This document shows positions 26,467 through 36,350 of a DNA stretch of 64,000 nucleotides, one piece after another. A program made the position numbers and the translations under genes. The stretch spans positions 37,324 through 101,323 of the forward strand of contig CANQCR010000003.1 in the NCBI GenBank assembly GCA_947589735.1, read 5' to 3'. The number at the start of each line of letters is the position of its first letter. The first letter of the stretch is position 1. Below the pieces are notes generated by a model. The model did no database searches and was not told the origin of the DNA. It saw only the letters and a list, made by a program, of their open reading frames with translations. This DNA is from an uncultured Bacilli bacterium. Its GTDB lineage: Bacteria; Bacillota_I; Bacilli_A; RF39; UBA660.

Positions 26467-28632
26467 TTAATCTTCTTTCTTGGGCATTAATTGATATTGC
26501 TTTCCTCCTTCAGATAAAGTATCTTCATATTCTATAAGATATGGAAGTAAAGCCTTCATATAACCATTTAACTCATCTGATATATGAGGAAAAGGATGAC
26601 TTAAATAATAATCATAAGCCTCTTTGAATTTCCTTTTCTTAAGAAAATGGCGCATCGTCTTTAAATCATCTACGCCTGAAACCTCGATATGCGTAATTTC
26701 TTCAGGTTCTGAGTGATGATGAACATTTTGGGTTTTTAATTGCCATAATAATTTTTTATAAGCTCTTGGATATGGCTTTTTAAAATTATTTTTGGCTTCC
26801 ATCATCCACTCATCACTTTGACAAAGCACAAAAGCCGTCTGATAATCACCATAATATAAAGCGTGAAGAAAGCGTTCGATAAGACTCGCATTTTCTAATT
26901 CATAAGGATTAAAATAAGTTGGCGTAGCGCCATAATTAGATTTCGTCTTTAAAATTAATCTAATAATTCGAAGAAGATTAACGTCATCCGCATCATCATA
27001 ATTTTGGCCATATACTTCTTTAGTTAAACGATCTTTTTCTTGAATTAAAGATGCCACTTCTTCTAACTCTTCTGGTGTAAAAAAGCCTTGCTGATAAAAC
27101 ATATCTTTAATTTTTTGTCTTAACACTTTAAGGCTATCTAGCCGTGGTTTGATATGCTCGTATTCGGTAATCGCTTTAACTAAATCATCTAAAATAAGAG
27201 CATAGATATGAAACTCTTCCGCCTTTTGATGAATAAGAAGATCATATTTCTCACACGCTAAAGCTAATTCATAAGCTTTTTTAAAATCAAGATTTTCAAG
27301 AGCGGTATAGAAGTTTGAAAAAATAGTCCCAGCATTATATTGCATATCAGGGTCAATAACACTAAAATTAGCATTATACTTTTGAACATCCAATAGACGA
27401 ACGATAAGTTTTCTTGCATTATTAAAGACTCTCGTTTGCTTCCTACTAGCATCTTTATACTTATAACATAATTCTAAAGCCTTTTCATAGTCTTTATCAT
27501 AAACAAGTTGTTCTAATGTTTTAATGTCAGAGTCTATATCATCAGCTTTTTTAGATATTACATTATTAGTAACTTCTACTTTAGGTGTTACATCAACAAT
27601 AGGAGCTTTAACCTGGCTTTTTGTTTTTGCATCAAGCCGGACTAGCGTTCCTATTAAAGACGTTACAGCATTAAAATAGTGCCAATCATTTCTTGGAATT
27701 TCAACTAAATCTTTAACTTCAAAGGCCGTAAGATAATCGCCATTTGCTAAGGCCGTATCAAAAAGCTTTTTAGGTTCTAATGGTGGATATGATGCTTTTT
27801 TTAAAGATAGTAATCCTTTTTTAATGGCTTCAGCATCATCAAGTAATTTATACATTACTTGCCACTTAGCTTGATATTTAGGAAAGACATAAACAATTAG
27901 TTTATCCATATTTCTTTTAATAGCGGCGCGGTCATTAAGCGAAATAGAAGCCATTAAGCGCTCATATATCCTACCAAAATTACGTTTACGCCAAACATCA
28001 GCTTGTAAATACTTTTTTTCTTCTTCAAAAGTTAATTGATCTCTTTTATCAGCATACTCTTGATAATAGAAAAGCATTTTCTTATCATAAACCTGTAACG
28101 ATAAATTATGAATATTATGGGTTGTACCCCGAATATGGCCAAATAAAGATAATTCTTCGGTTTTAACATCATGATAATCTCTTATAGCATCTTCAATTGC
28201 ACCCACGATAATCTTTCTTTTATAATTCGTAAATATTGGTAAATAATCACTACTATCCTGATATGATAATTGGTGAAGGAGTTCATCACATTCTATATCC
28301 ATATTAGATAGTGTTTTTACTAAACTAATAATACAAGCCATGGTAAGATCTTCGTTGGTATCTTCCCTTAAAGCAATGGCATCTTTAAAACAAGCAATAG
28401 CTTCAACATACCTTTTACTACTAGCGATTCGAACACCTTTTTCTAGAGTTCGCATCGCTTGATAACCATTTTTAGAAAATTGATAGTGACCCCTTTTAAC
28501 TCTTACAAGAACACCCGTTTCAACTAATTTATGAACTTGGTATTTACTTAAACCACCTTCATATAACACTTTCGTCTCGTAATCTATTTGCGGTAGACGT
28601 TTTAAAGTATTTAAAGATTCTTTTATATCCAT
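26467..28632 (-). CDS. Hypothetical 721-aa protein with an N-terminal wHTH (AbiEi-like RGxY motif) and a helical-repeat body
   Basis: N-terminus GVLVRVKRGHYQF; the rest is predicted all-helical and TPR-like. Confidence 0.55.
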   Translation of the reverse strand: MDIKESLNTLKRLPQIDYETKVLYEGGLSKYQVHKLVETGVLVRVKRGHYQFSKNGYQAMRTLEKGVRIASSKRYVEAIACFKDAIALREDTNEDLTMACIISLVKTLSNMDIECDELLHQLSYQDSSDYLPIFTNYKRKIIVGAIEDAIRDYHDVKTEELSLFGHIRGTTHNIHNLSLQVYDKKMLFYYQEYADKRDQLTFEEEKKYLQADVWRKRNFGRIYERLMASISLNDRAAIKRNMDKLIVYVFPKYQAKWQVMYKLLDDAEAIKKGLLSLKKASYPPLEPKKLFDTALANGDYLTAFEVKDLVEIPRNDWHYFNAVTSLIGTLVRLDAKTKSQVKAPIVDVTPKVEVTNNVISKKADDIDSDIKTLEQLVYDKDYEKALELCYKYKDASRKQTRVFNNARKLIVRLLDVQKYNANFSVIDPDMQYNAGTIFSNFYTALENLDFKKAYELALACEKYDLLIHQKAEEFHIYALILDDLVKAITEYEHIKPRLDSLKVLRQKIKDMFYQQGFFTPEELEEVASLIQEKDRLTKEVYGQNYDDADDVNLLRIIRLILKTKSNYGATPTYFNPYELENASLIERFLHALYYGDYQTAFVLCQSDEWMMEAKNNFKKPYPRAYKKLLWQLKTQNVHHHSEPEEITHIEVSGVDDLKTMRHFLKKRKFKEAYDYYLSHPFPHISDELNGYMKALLPYLIEYEDTLSEGGKQYQLMPKKED

Positions 28633-28642
28633 TGTAGCACTC

Positions 28643-29836
28643 CTAACTTTCGGTATTAAATAATGAACTATCTTCTAATGATGCTAAAGACTCAAGCAAG
28701 GAATTAACGATATTTTTGTCATGATCATCCATAGCGCTTCTACTCGTCATAGCCATAGCTTCTTTATAACGATGTTCTTTAACCAAACCATTTAAAGATA
28801 TCTGGCGGTAAGGGTTATTCATTTTAATTACTTTTCGAATATTTAAAAAATTATAGATGCGACTTAATAAATTGTCATAGATGGCAAAATCGCGGTCTTG
28901 AGTATGTTCAAAAATAGCGTTGGCAAAACGTTTGGCATTAAGATAATCATTACGATTAATAGCCTCATAAAAACTCATCTTCAAAGGTCCATGATACTTA
29001 TAATTAGTCTTATAAGTATCAAGATCAATTCCTTGATGTTCAACAATAAAGTTAAAACAGTTAAACAAGTCAATAATAATACTTAATCTTGCATCATCAA
29101 TTTTTAATTCTTTTTTCAAATGATACAACTTAGATAGATAGTAATAAGCTGCATCATAATCGTTATTCATAACCGCATTATATAAAGCCTCATAAACACG
29201 GCCATATTCACTATTTTCCACATTTTTTTGAGGTTTAACTTTAGCGACACCAAGACTTAAATCTCTTAAGACCTTAACATCTAATTTTGGTAGACTCATC
29301 CGATATGTCCGAAGTGTTTGAAAAGCACGATCGTAATCTTTTTGAATGACACAATCTAAAAATAGCTTTAAGCCATCTTTTTCATCTTTAAAAATTTTAC
29401 TGCGCAAATCTTCTAACTTTTTATTAGATGAACCCATCATCGCTGTTAGAAGTAAGGCGTAAGTATAAAGGGTTTCTTTATTATTTTTATCTTTATTTAA
29501 CTCACAACATTTGCTTAATGCTTGATAAGCCGCATCATAGTTGTGTTTCATTATATCATAGATAAGCAAATAGTAATAAGCTTCATAATCTTTAATGGAT
29601 AATGAAGTAAAATAGGTATAAAACTCATCTAACTTATCATTCATTAGATAATAAGCCATTAAGTCAGTATCAATTTCATATTTAATGGTAACTTTATAAT
29701 AGCCGCGACGTGTTCGCTCAAGGATATTATCAAGTATCAACTTATTTATCATCCGTGCATTGAAGCCAAGACTTCTTAACTTTTCGGTCCGGATAACCTC
29801 ACCATTAAATGGTAGTAAAGCATCTAACTCCATCAT
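28643..29836 (-). CDS. Hypothetical 397-aa paralog of the preceding gene (wHTH plus helical repeats)
   Basis: N-terminus ILERTRRGYYKV; similar repeat composition. Confidence 0.55.
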   Translation of the reverse strand: MMELDALLPFNGEVIRTEKLRSLGFNARMINKLILDNILERTRRGYYKVTIKYEIDTDLMAYYLMNDKLDEFYTYFTSLSIKDYEAYYYLLIYDIMKHNYDAAYQALSKCCELNKDKNNKETLYTYALLLTAMMGSSNKKLEDLRSKIFKDEKDGLKLFLDCVIQKDYDRAFQTLRTYRMSLPKLDVKVLRDLSLGVAKVKPQKNVENSEYGRVYEALYNAVMNNDYDAAYYYLSKLYHLKKELKIDDARLSIIIDLFNCFNFIVEHQGIDLDTYKTNYKYHGPLKMSFYEAINRNDYLNAKRFANAIFEHTQDRDFAIYDNLLSRIYNFLNIRKVIKMNNPYRQISLNGLVKEHRYKEAMAMTSRSAMDDHDKNIVNSLLESLASLEDSSLFNTES

Positions 29837-29896
29837 CCCACTCCTTTCCAGTTATTTTAACACTAAACCATATTGTAGTCAACAAAAAAGAAGTCC

Positions 29897-31543
29897 TTAG
29901 ACTTCTTGTACAACAATGATAATCATTGGTTTTGAACCGGTTTGTTGATAGAAAAATTTTCCTAATTTTTCTCTTATACCAAGTTTGATTTTATTAAAAT
30001 CAACATAGTTTGGATTTAAGAAACTATTGATAACTTCCAAGGATATTTTAGCTGATTCTTCAATTAGATCAGTATTATCTTTGACATAGATAAATCCTCT
30101 AGTTAATATTTCTGGTCCAGCTAAAACTTTCTTAGTAGTTTTATCCAAAGTAGCAGTTACAATAACGATACCATTTTCACCTAATAGTTCACGGTCTTTT
30201 AAAACGACATCGCCGACATCACCGGCTTGTTTACCATCGATTAAAATCTCATCTGTTTTAATTTTCTCATCGGTATCAACTAAATTGCCCCCTTCGAAGC
30301 ATACAACATCGCCATTTAGTTTTAATAAAACGTGATCCTCATCCATACCTAATTTATAGGCTAAATTAGCATTTTCAACTTGATAACGATATTCACCAAC
30401 AATTGGAAAATAATATTTAGGATGAAGCATATTAATCATCATCATAATATCTTCACTAGAAGCATGTGGTGAGCGATATTCTTTCTTTGATAAGATAACT
30501 AAGTTACAGCCCTTTTTAGCGACGGCATCAAAAACTTTTGTCGAAATAACCTCGATATTATCATATACTGGTGAGGCAAAGACAACCGTATCTTGAGGAG
30601 TTAAAGTAATAAACTTATCTGTTCCTCTTAAAATACGCCGAATATTAGAATATGGCATTTCCCTTTCATTAGATACTAAAACAATAATCCCCTTTTCATT
30701 GACACATTTAATATTTTTAATCCGATTCTTATCAAACTTAAGATATCCCATCGCAATAGAACTTAAAATAATATCTTCAAGCTTTTTACCCATAACAACA
30801 ACATTACGATCGGTCTTTGATACTTCATCAAATAACTCTTGAATACGAAAGATTTGGGCTTGCATAATATTAAATAAGATACGACCATCGTTTTTATTGA
30901 TTGTCTCTCTAATGATTTCCCGAGCTCGATGATTAGGAGAGGTAAAGCCTTTTTTATCCGCATAAATAGATTCGTTTAAGAAACATAAAACACCTTGTTT
31001 TCCCACATAAGCAATTTTACCAACATCACAGTTAAAGCATCCGAGCATTGATGGGTCAATAACGTAGTTACCGGAAAAGACAATCGCACCATCTTCGGTG
31101 TATAAAACATACATAACGGCATCCGGTGTTGAATGGGATACCCTAATTGGAAAAATACTATTTTTACCAAAGGCTACATTACGATGTGGTTGTAACTCAA
31201 TTAAATTATCCGACTGAATATTTTCCTCTTCAAGATTTTTCTTAATAATTTCTAAAGTAAATTTTGTCGCATATACTTTTAAATCTGGTATATCTCTTAA
31301 AATATCTTCAATAGCGCCCATCTGTTCATCATGACCATGGGTAATGAATAAACCAACAATCCGCTCTTTATTTTCTTTTAAATAATCATAATTAGGAATA
31401 ATATAATCTATTCCTAGTGAATTATCTTCACTATATTTTAAACCCGCTTCAAATACAAAAATATCTTCGTCGACTTCAACGACATACATATTTTTACCAA
31501 TTTCATTTAGTCCGCCTAAAGCGAACATTTTTATTTTACTCAT
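29897..31543 (-). CDS. Ribonuclease J family (metallo-beta-lactamase/beta-CASP) with the degenerate motif HGHDEQ
   Basis: MBL, beta-CASP and C-terminal domain architecture. The canonical HGHEDH is replaced by HGHDEQ. Confidence 0.8.
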   Translation of the reverse strand: MSKIKMFALGGLNEIGKNMYVVEVDEDIFVFEAGLKYSEDNSLGIDYIIPNYDYLKENKERIVGLFITHGHDEQMGAIEDILRDIPDLKVYATKFTLEIIKKNLEEENIQSDNLIELQPHRNVAFGKNSIFPIRVSHSTPDAVMYVLYTEDGAIVFSGNYVIDPSMLGCFNCDVGKIAYVGKQGVLCFLNESIYADKKGFTSPNHRAREIIRETINKNDGRILFNIMQAQIFRIQELFDEVSKTDRNVVVMGKKLEDIILSSIAMGYLKFDKNRIKNIKCVNEKGIIVLVSNEREMPYSNIRRILRGTDKFITLTPQDTVVFASPVYDNIEVISTKVFDAVAKKGCNLVILSKKEYRSPHASSEDIMMMINMLHPKYYFPIVGEYRYQVENANLAYKLGMDEDHVLLKLNGDVVCFEGGNLVDTDEKIKTDEILIDGKQAGDVGDVVLKDRELLGENGIVIVTATLDKTTKKVLAGPEILTRGFIYVKDNTDLIEESAKISLEVINSFLNPNYVDFNKIKLGIREKLGKFFYQQTGSKPMIIIVVQEV

Positions 31544-31636
31544 AAATCTCCTTTCTGTTCATAAATCCCAAATCATTATAGCAAAAATTACTTTAATAGT
31601 CTAGTTTAGAAAATAAAAAAGAGAAAGATAAACTTT

Positions 31637-32194
31637 CTACAATTTTATTAATTCCCGTCCTCCAAATGGATCGACGTTATATAACTGAACTCGAGGATAT
31701 AGTTTGAAACTACTAAAAGTATATTCCAAGGCAACTAATTTATTAATACGCGTTTTGGTTTTAATTTTGCGAAACATTATGTCTTCTTCATTACTACGAT
31801 AAATATTGGCATATAACTCACCACTATCTGTAATGATTAGAGCATAAGCTGTATCATAATAATATAAGTTTACTTCAGTTAAGTATTTAGCATTACCTTT
31901 TGAATAAACAACTTTTTTACTACCATTACTAGTATTGATAAGATAAACATTACCATTTTGAACTTTTAACTGGTAGCTTTTAACTCGATTATTATTTGTT
32001 ACCTCTTTTTTAATGGTTGATTTAAATACTAAATCTTTACTGCTATAACGATCATCAGCTACTTTCCCCAAATAGTAGTTAGGATGAATCGCCTCTTTAT
32101 TTTTAGAAGATGCCATAACAAATGTTACTGTTAGCATACAAGTACAAATAGCAATAATTCCTAAAAAGATTTTTATTTTGTTACTCCGTGCCAC
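31637..32194 (-). CDS. Hypothetical secreted/membrane-anchored protein
   Basis: N-terminal signal/TM segment. Confidence 0.5.
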   Translation of the reverse strand: MARSNKIKIFLGIIAICTCMLTVTFVMASSKNKEAIHPNYYLGKVADDRYSSKDLVFKSTIKKEVTNNNRVKSYQLKVQNGNVYLINTSNGSKKVVYSKGNAKYLTEVNLYYYDTAYALIITDSGELYANIYRSNEEDIMFRKIKTKTRINKLVALEYTFSSFKLYPRVQLYNVDPFGGRELIKL

Positions 32195-32317
32195 AAAAAC
32201 CCCCTACTTTCCAACCAAACCTCGAATTTGTATCATTTATTATAGGCATTTTTTAATAAATGTCAATAAAAAAAATAACTTTTTTTAATTTTAAATAACA
32301 AAAAAAGACTTAAATAT

Positions 32318-32899
32318 TTATTTAAGCCTTTTACTTACGGATATGCCATCCCCAATATCATAAAAAGTTGTTTCAAAATCGGGATTATTTTTTAAAAATT
32401 CAATATATTGTTTTATCTTATTAACAAGTTGGCGTGTATTACGATTCTTAGTTAAACTAATATCAGCGACCATGCCATGAAAAGCAAGATTATCAGATAT
32501 AATTACCCCACCCTCATTTAATAAGGGTGAATATTTTAAGAAAAACTTCGTATATTGACTTTTAGCGGCATCGATAAAAATGAGATCAAATGTACCTGTA
32601 ACTTCAATATCCAAAGCATCACCATGAATGATTTGAATACGATCATCTAATTTCATATTAGAAACATTTTTAAGAGCTTCCGAGTACATCGTATCGTCTC
32701 TTTCGATGGTAACGACATGAACATCATCACTTACACTAGCAAATTGGATTGCCGAATAACCAATGGCGCTACCGATTTCCAAAACGTTTTTTACGTGATT
32801 AGATTTAATATAATCCAAGATAAAGTCAATGCCCGCATCCTGCATAATCGGAACGTGTGCTTCTTTAGCGTACGCTTTTATTTCGTGTATTGATACCAT
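32318..32899 (-). CDS. Class I SAM-dependent O-methyltransferase (YrrM/TrmR-like)
   Basis: SAM-binding motif VLEIGSAIGYSA. Position follows mltG as in B. subtilis yrrL-yrrM. Confidence 0.75.
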   Translation of the reverse strand: MVSIHEIKAYAKEAHVPIMQDAGIDFILDYIKSNHVKNVLEIGSAIGYSAIQFASVSDDVHVVTIERDDTMYSEALKNVSNMKLDDRIQIIHGDALDIEVTGTFDLIFIDAAKSQYTKFFLKYSPLLNEGGVIISDNLAFHGMVADISLTKNRNTRQLVNKIKQYIEFLKNNPDFETTFYDIGDGISVSKRLK

Positions 32900-33969
32900 A
32901 AGCCTTTATCTTTCAACTCTTTAACTGTTTGATTGTGTTCATTTGCATCCTTACTATAATACATCTTACCATTTTTATCAGAGACAAAGTAATAGTAATT
33001 ACTCGTAATTGGTCTTAAAACAGCCGCAATAGAGATAATAGATGGATTACAGATTGGCCCAACGGGTAATTTTCCGGCCATCGCACTAGGACGTGTATTA
33101 TAAGCATTAACCGTATTAATTTCGGAATTATATAAATCTCTTTCAGCCATATCAACACCAATACCATAATAGGTTGTTACATCACTACCTAAAGGCATAT
33201 TAGCTTTAAGACGATTAAGGAAGACACCACTAACGCGATTACGATCAATCTCGGTATTAGCTTCTAATTCAACGATACTAGCAAGAGTAAGAATCTCATG
33301 CACACTATATTTACTCTTCTTAAAATCATTTTCGTATGGTTGTAATTCTTGTTCCATCTCATCTAACATTTTTTTAAATATTTCTTTAACCGTTACATCT
33401 TTGTTAAGAAAATTATAAGTGTTAGGATATAGATAACCTTCTAATGAATAATAGATATCTTTATTTAAAATACTATCATCAATAAACCAGTACGTATCAA
33501 TTAATTCTTTTAGATAATCTTCATCCTTTAATAAAGCATAAACATCATCAGTACTATTATTGGTATTTTGGGCTATTGTTCCGGCAATACTTCGCATATT
33601 TTTACCTTCGACGAAAGTTATAACCGTATCTGTTGTTTCCTTTTCATTGCCGGATAAAGTCTCAACTATTCCCTTAACACCCATATTTGGTTTCAATGTG
33701 TAAACGCCAATACCAAGTTCCGCGGGACGATTAAGACGTAGATATATTTTATAAGTAAAGGATGATTTTATTAATCCTTCTTCTTTTAATTTATCAGCAA
33801 TTGTATAATAATTATCCCCTTGATTAATGGTAAAAGAGATAGCTTCATCACTATCACTAACGGGTCCAATACTATTTTTATAATAAAAGACGCATCCAAC
33901 CCCACCAAGTACAAGTAATAAAATTAAAGATAAAATAACACAACCAACTATTAAAACGAACTTCTTCAT
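32878..33969 (-). CDS. mltG: Endolytic murein transglycosylase MltG (YceG family)
   Basis: N-terminal TM segment; YceG domain with LPVGPICNPS. Confidence 0.8.
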   Translation of the reverse strand: MKKFVLIVGCVILSLILLLVLGGVGCVFYYKNSIGPVSDSDEAISFTINQGDNYYTIADKLKEEGLIKSSFTYKIYLRLNRPAELGIGVYTLKPNMGVKGIVETLSGNEKETTDTVITFVEGKNMRSIAGTIAQNTNNSTDDVYALLKDEDYLKELIDTYWFIDDSILNKDIYYSLEGYLYPNTYNFLNKDVTVKEIFKKMLDEMEQELQPYENDFKKSKYSVHEILTLASIVELEANTEIDRNRVSGVFLNRLKANMPLGSDVTTYYGIGVDMAERDLYNSEINTVNAYNTRPSAMAGKLPVGPICNPSIISIAAVLRPITSNYYYFVSDKNGKMYYSKDANEHNQTVKELKDKGLWYQYTK

Positions 33970-33991
33970 TGCTAGTAAAAAAAGAGTATTA

Positions 33992-34276
33992 CTACTCTTC
34001 TTCTCCTTTACCTTGAATTTCGTTTTGTAATTCGTCTAAGATGGTTTCAATAATTTTCCATTCTTTGTCTGTTTCAATTGGTAGTAATTTTGTTTCATCT
34101 TCATCAGGATTAAAAACAGAAGCATAAACTTTAGTATTTCCATCCTCATCTAAAGTGTTATCTGTATAAACTATATAGTTCTTCTTTGTCTCATCAGATT
34201 CAAATGTAAATAATACTTCACACTCTACTTCTTGTCCTTCATCATTCAAAACTTTAAACGTCATTTTTTCTTCCAT
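33992..34276 (-). CDS. DUF1292 (YrzB-like) protein
   Basis: 94 aa, acidic, conserved position between ruvX and mltG. Confidence 0.6.
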   Translation of the reverse strand: MEEKMTFKVLNDEGQEVECEVLFTFESDETKKNYIVYTDNTLDEDGNTKVYASVFNPDEDETKLLPIETDKEWKIIETILDELQNEIQGKGEEE

Positions 34277-34279
34277 ATT

Positions 34280-34702
34280 TTATCTCCCTTTCTCTTTATC
34301 TAAATATGTCTGAAGTATAATATTAGCCGCCAAAGCATCAACTTTAGCTTTTCTTTTTTGCCTAGATATATCAGCTTCTAGCATATAATTAGTAGCTTCA
34401 ACCGTTGACAAGCGTTCATCTTGTAAAACGACGGGTATCTTAAATGCTTGCCAAAGTTCTTCTTTAAAAATCGTTGTTTCATAAGCTCGATTACCAAGAC
34501 TGTTATTCATATTCTTAGGTAGTCCTAAAACTATTTTTTCAATTTCATTTTCCTCTATAATGGGTTTTAACATATTAATAGCGGCATCATAGTCGCCCTC
34601 AGCAAAGTGAAGCGTCTTTAGGGGTGTCGCTATTGTATGGGTTAAATCACTAAGAGATATTCCTAGGGTTCTGGTTCCTAAATCAAGACCAATATAACGC
34701 AT
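34280..34702 (-). CDS. ruvX: Putative pre-16S rRNA nuclease / Holliday junction resolvase-like YqgF
   Basis: N-terminus MRYIGLDLGTRTLGISLSD. Confidence 0.85.
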   Translation of the reverse strand: MRYIGLDLGTRTLGISLSDLTHTIATPLKTLHFAEGDYDAAINMLKPIIEENEIEKIVLGLPKNMNNSLGNRAYETTIFKEELWQAFKIPVVLQDERLSTVEATNYMLEADISRQKRKAKVDALAANIILQTYLDKEKGR

Positions 34703-34938
34703 TATTCTAAGAACTTCTTAACTAAGACTTCCATAACCTTAATTCGTTCATAACGGGTTATTTTTAATCTGGCATCTTTATGACTAGATATGTATCCCGG
34801 ATCTCCACTTATTAAATAGCCAACGATTTGACTGATGGGATCATAGCCTTTTTCTTGTAAAGCCTCAGCTACTTCTTTAATAGTTTCTTCAACCATACCT
34901 TCTTGAAAATCTGATACTTGATATACTTCAGTCATCAT
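34702..34938 (-). CDS. UPF0297 family protein (IreB-like)
   Basis: 78 aa, at the conserved position upstream of ruvX. Confidence 0.6.
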   Translation of the reverse strand: MMTEVYQVSDFQEGMVEETIKEVAEALQEKGYDPISQIVGYLISGDPGYISSHKDARLKITRYERIKVMEVLVKKFLE

Positions 34939-35006
34939 TATCAGTCCTCACTCTCATCTATGAATACACCTATATTGTAACATAAGATTAAATAATTGTA
35001 AACCAA

Positions 35007-36350
35007 TTAGTCATTTCTTACGAGTTCTTTAAAAGCATTACCCTTTTCTTCAAAATTTTTAAAATACTCATAACTAGAAGCTGCCGGGCTTAAAAGACAT
35101 ATTTTCTTTTTAGCTGTTACTTCTTTAGCTTTCTTAACGGCATCAGTTAGTAGTTCACATTCATAAATATGAGTATCAGGGTTACTGATAAGTTTACCTA
35201 TCTTATACCCCGTTGTTGGCATACAAATTAAATTGCGAACCACACCTGTATTTAAGTAATCGATAAGTTCATCATAATTAATTCCCCTATCCATTCCTCC
35301 AAAGATTAGTGTATCAACACTACCCAATGTTTTAATCGCATTAACTGTCGCATCCGGAATAGTCGCAATCGCATCATTATAATAAATGATATCATCATAC
35401 TCACCAACATATTCAAGGCGATGTGGTAATCCCTTAAAATTATTAATTGTTTTACTAACTATTTTTAAATCTAAATTAAGATAACGACTAATAGCTAGAA
35501 CAAACATAATATTTCTTAGATTATGCTCACCTAACAATTTTCTTGGTGATGCGGCATCATATAAGACTTCACCATTTAAATAAACTTGATTATCCTTAAG
35601 ATAAATAGCGTCTTTTAAATTACTATCACTCATAAAAATGGGATACTTATGCGCTAGATAATTATCATTTATATAACTACATAATGGTTCGATATCACCA
35701 CTATAAATACATACGTCGTCCTTCATTTGGTATTTAAAAATATTTAACTTATTAGCGTGATAATGCTCAATTGTCCCACTATGATCAAGGTGATCTTCAT
35801 AAAGATTGATAATAGCCGCTATTTTAGGTGAGTAGTGAACGAACTCTAATTGTAAGGCTGACATTTCACAAACAACCCAAGTATCTTCGCTAATCTCTTC
35901 TAAATAATCAAAAATAGCTTTACCAATATTACCTAAAAGAAGGGTTTTAAGGCCACAGGATTTTAAGACTTCATAAGTTAAGGTACAAGTCGTACTCTTA
36001 CCCTTAGTAGCCGTTATACCAATAGTGTGATCACGATGATACTTAAGTAACATCTCTAACTCGGATGTAAAATTAATATGACTAGTATCGATATCTTTCG
36101 TAATAACACCAGGACTTTTAAAAACTAAATCATATTCTTCTAAGTTATCTAAATAATTCTCTCCATAAATAATTTCAATATGATCATCTTTTAACTCGGG
36201 ATGACGAATAGTTGGATCGTTTTTATCAATAATGGTAAGGGGCATATCCGTGTAACGACGAATGAAGTTATAGGTCGCCATACCTTCCATCCCCATACCT
36301 AAAAGGGCAATTTTCTTACCCTTTAACTCTTCAATTATTTTATACACCAT
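35007..36350 (-). CDS. Mur ligase, MurD-like (UDP-MurNAc-L-Ala--D-Glu ligase family)
   Basis: GMGMEG Rossmann motif; P-loop GITATKGKSTT; NDAIATIPDAT matching the MurD DSKATN-like motif. It lies outside the dcw cluster context. Confidence 0.6.
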   Translation of the reverse strand: MVYKIIEELKGKKIALLGMGMEGMATYNFIRRYTDMPLTIIDKNDPTIRHPELKDDHIEIIYGENYLDNLEEYDLVFKSPGVITKDIDTSHINFTSELEMLLKYHRDHTIGITATKGKSTTCTLTYEVLKSCGLKTLLLGNIGKAIFDYLEEISEDTWVVCEMSALQLEFVHYSPKIAAIINLYEDHLDHSGTIEHYHANKLNIFKYQMKDDVCIYSGDIEPLCSYINDNYLAHKYPIFMSDSNLKDAIYLKDNQVYLNGEVLYDAASPRKLLGEHNLRNIMFVLAISRYLNLDLKIVSKTINNFKGLPHRLEYVGEYDDIIYYNDAIATIPDATVNAIKTLGSVDTLIFGGMDRGINYDELIDYLNTGVVRNLICMPTTGYKIGKLISNPDTHIYECELLTDAVKKAKEVTAKKKICLLSPAASSYEYFKNFEEKGNAFKELVRND

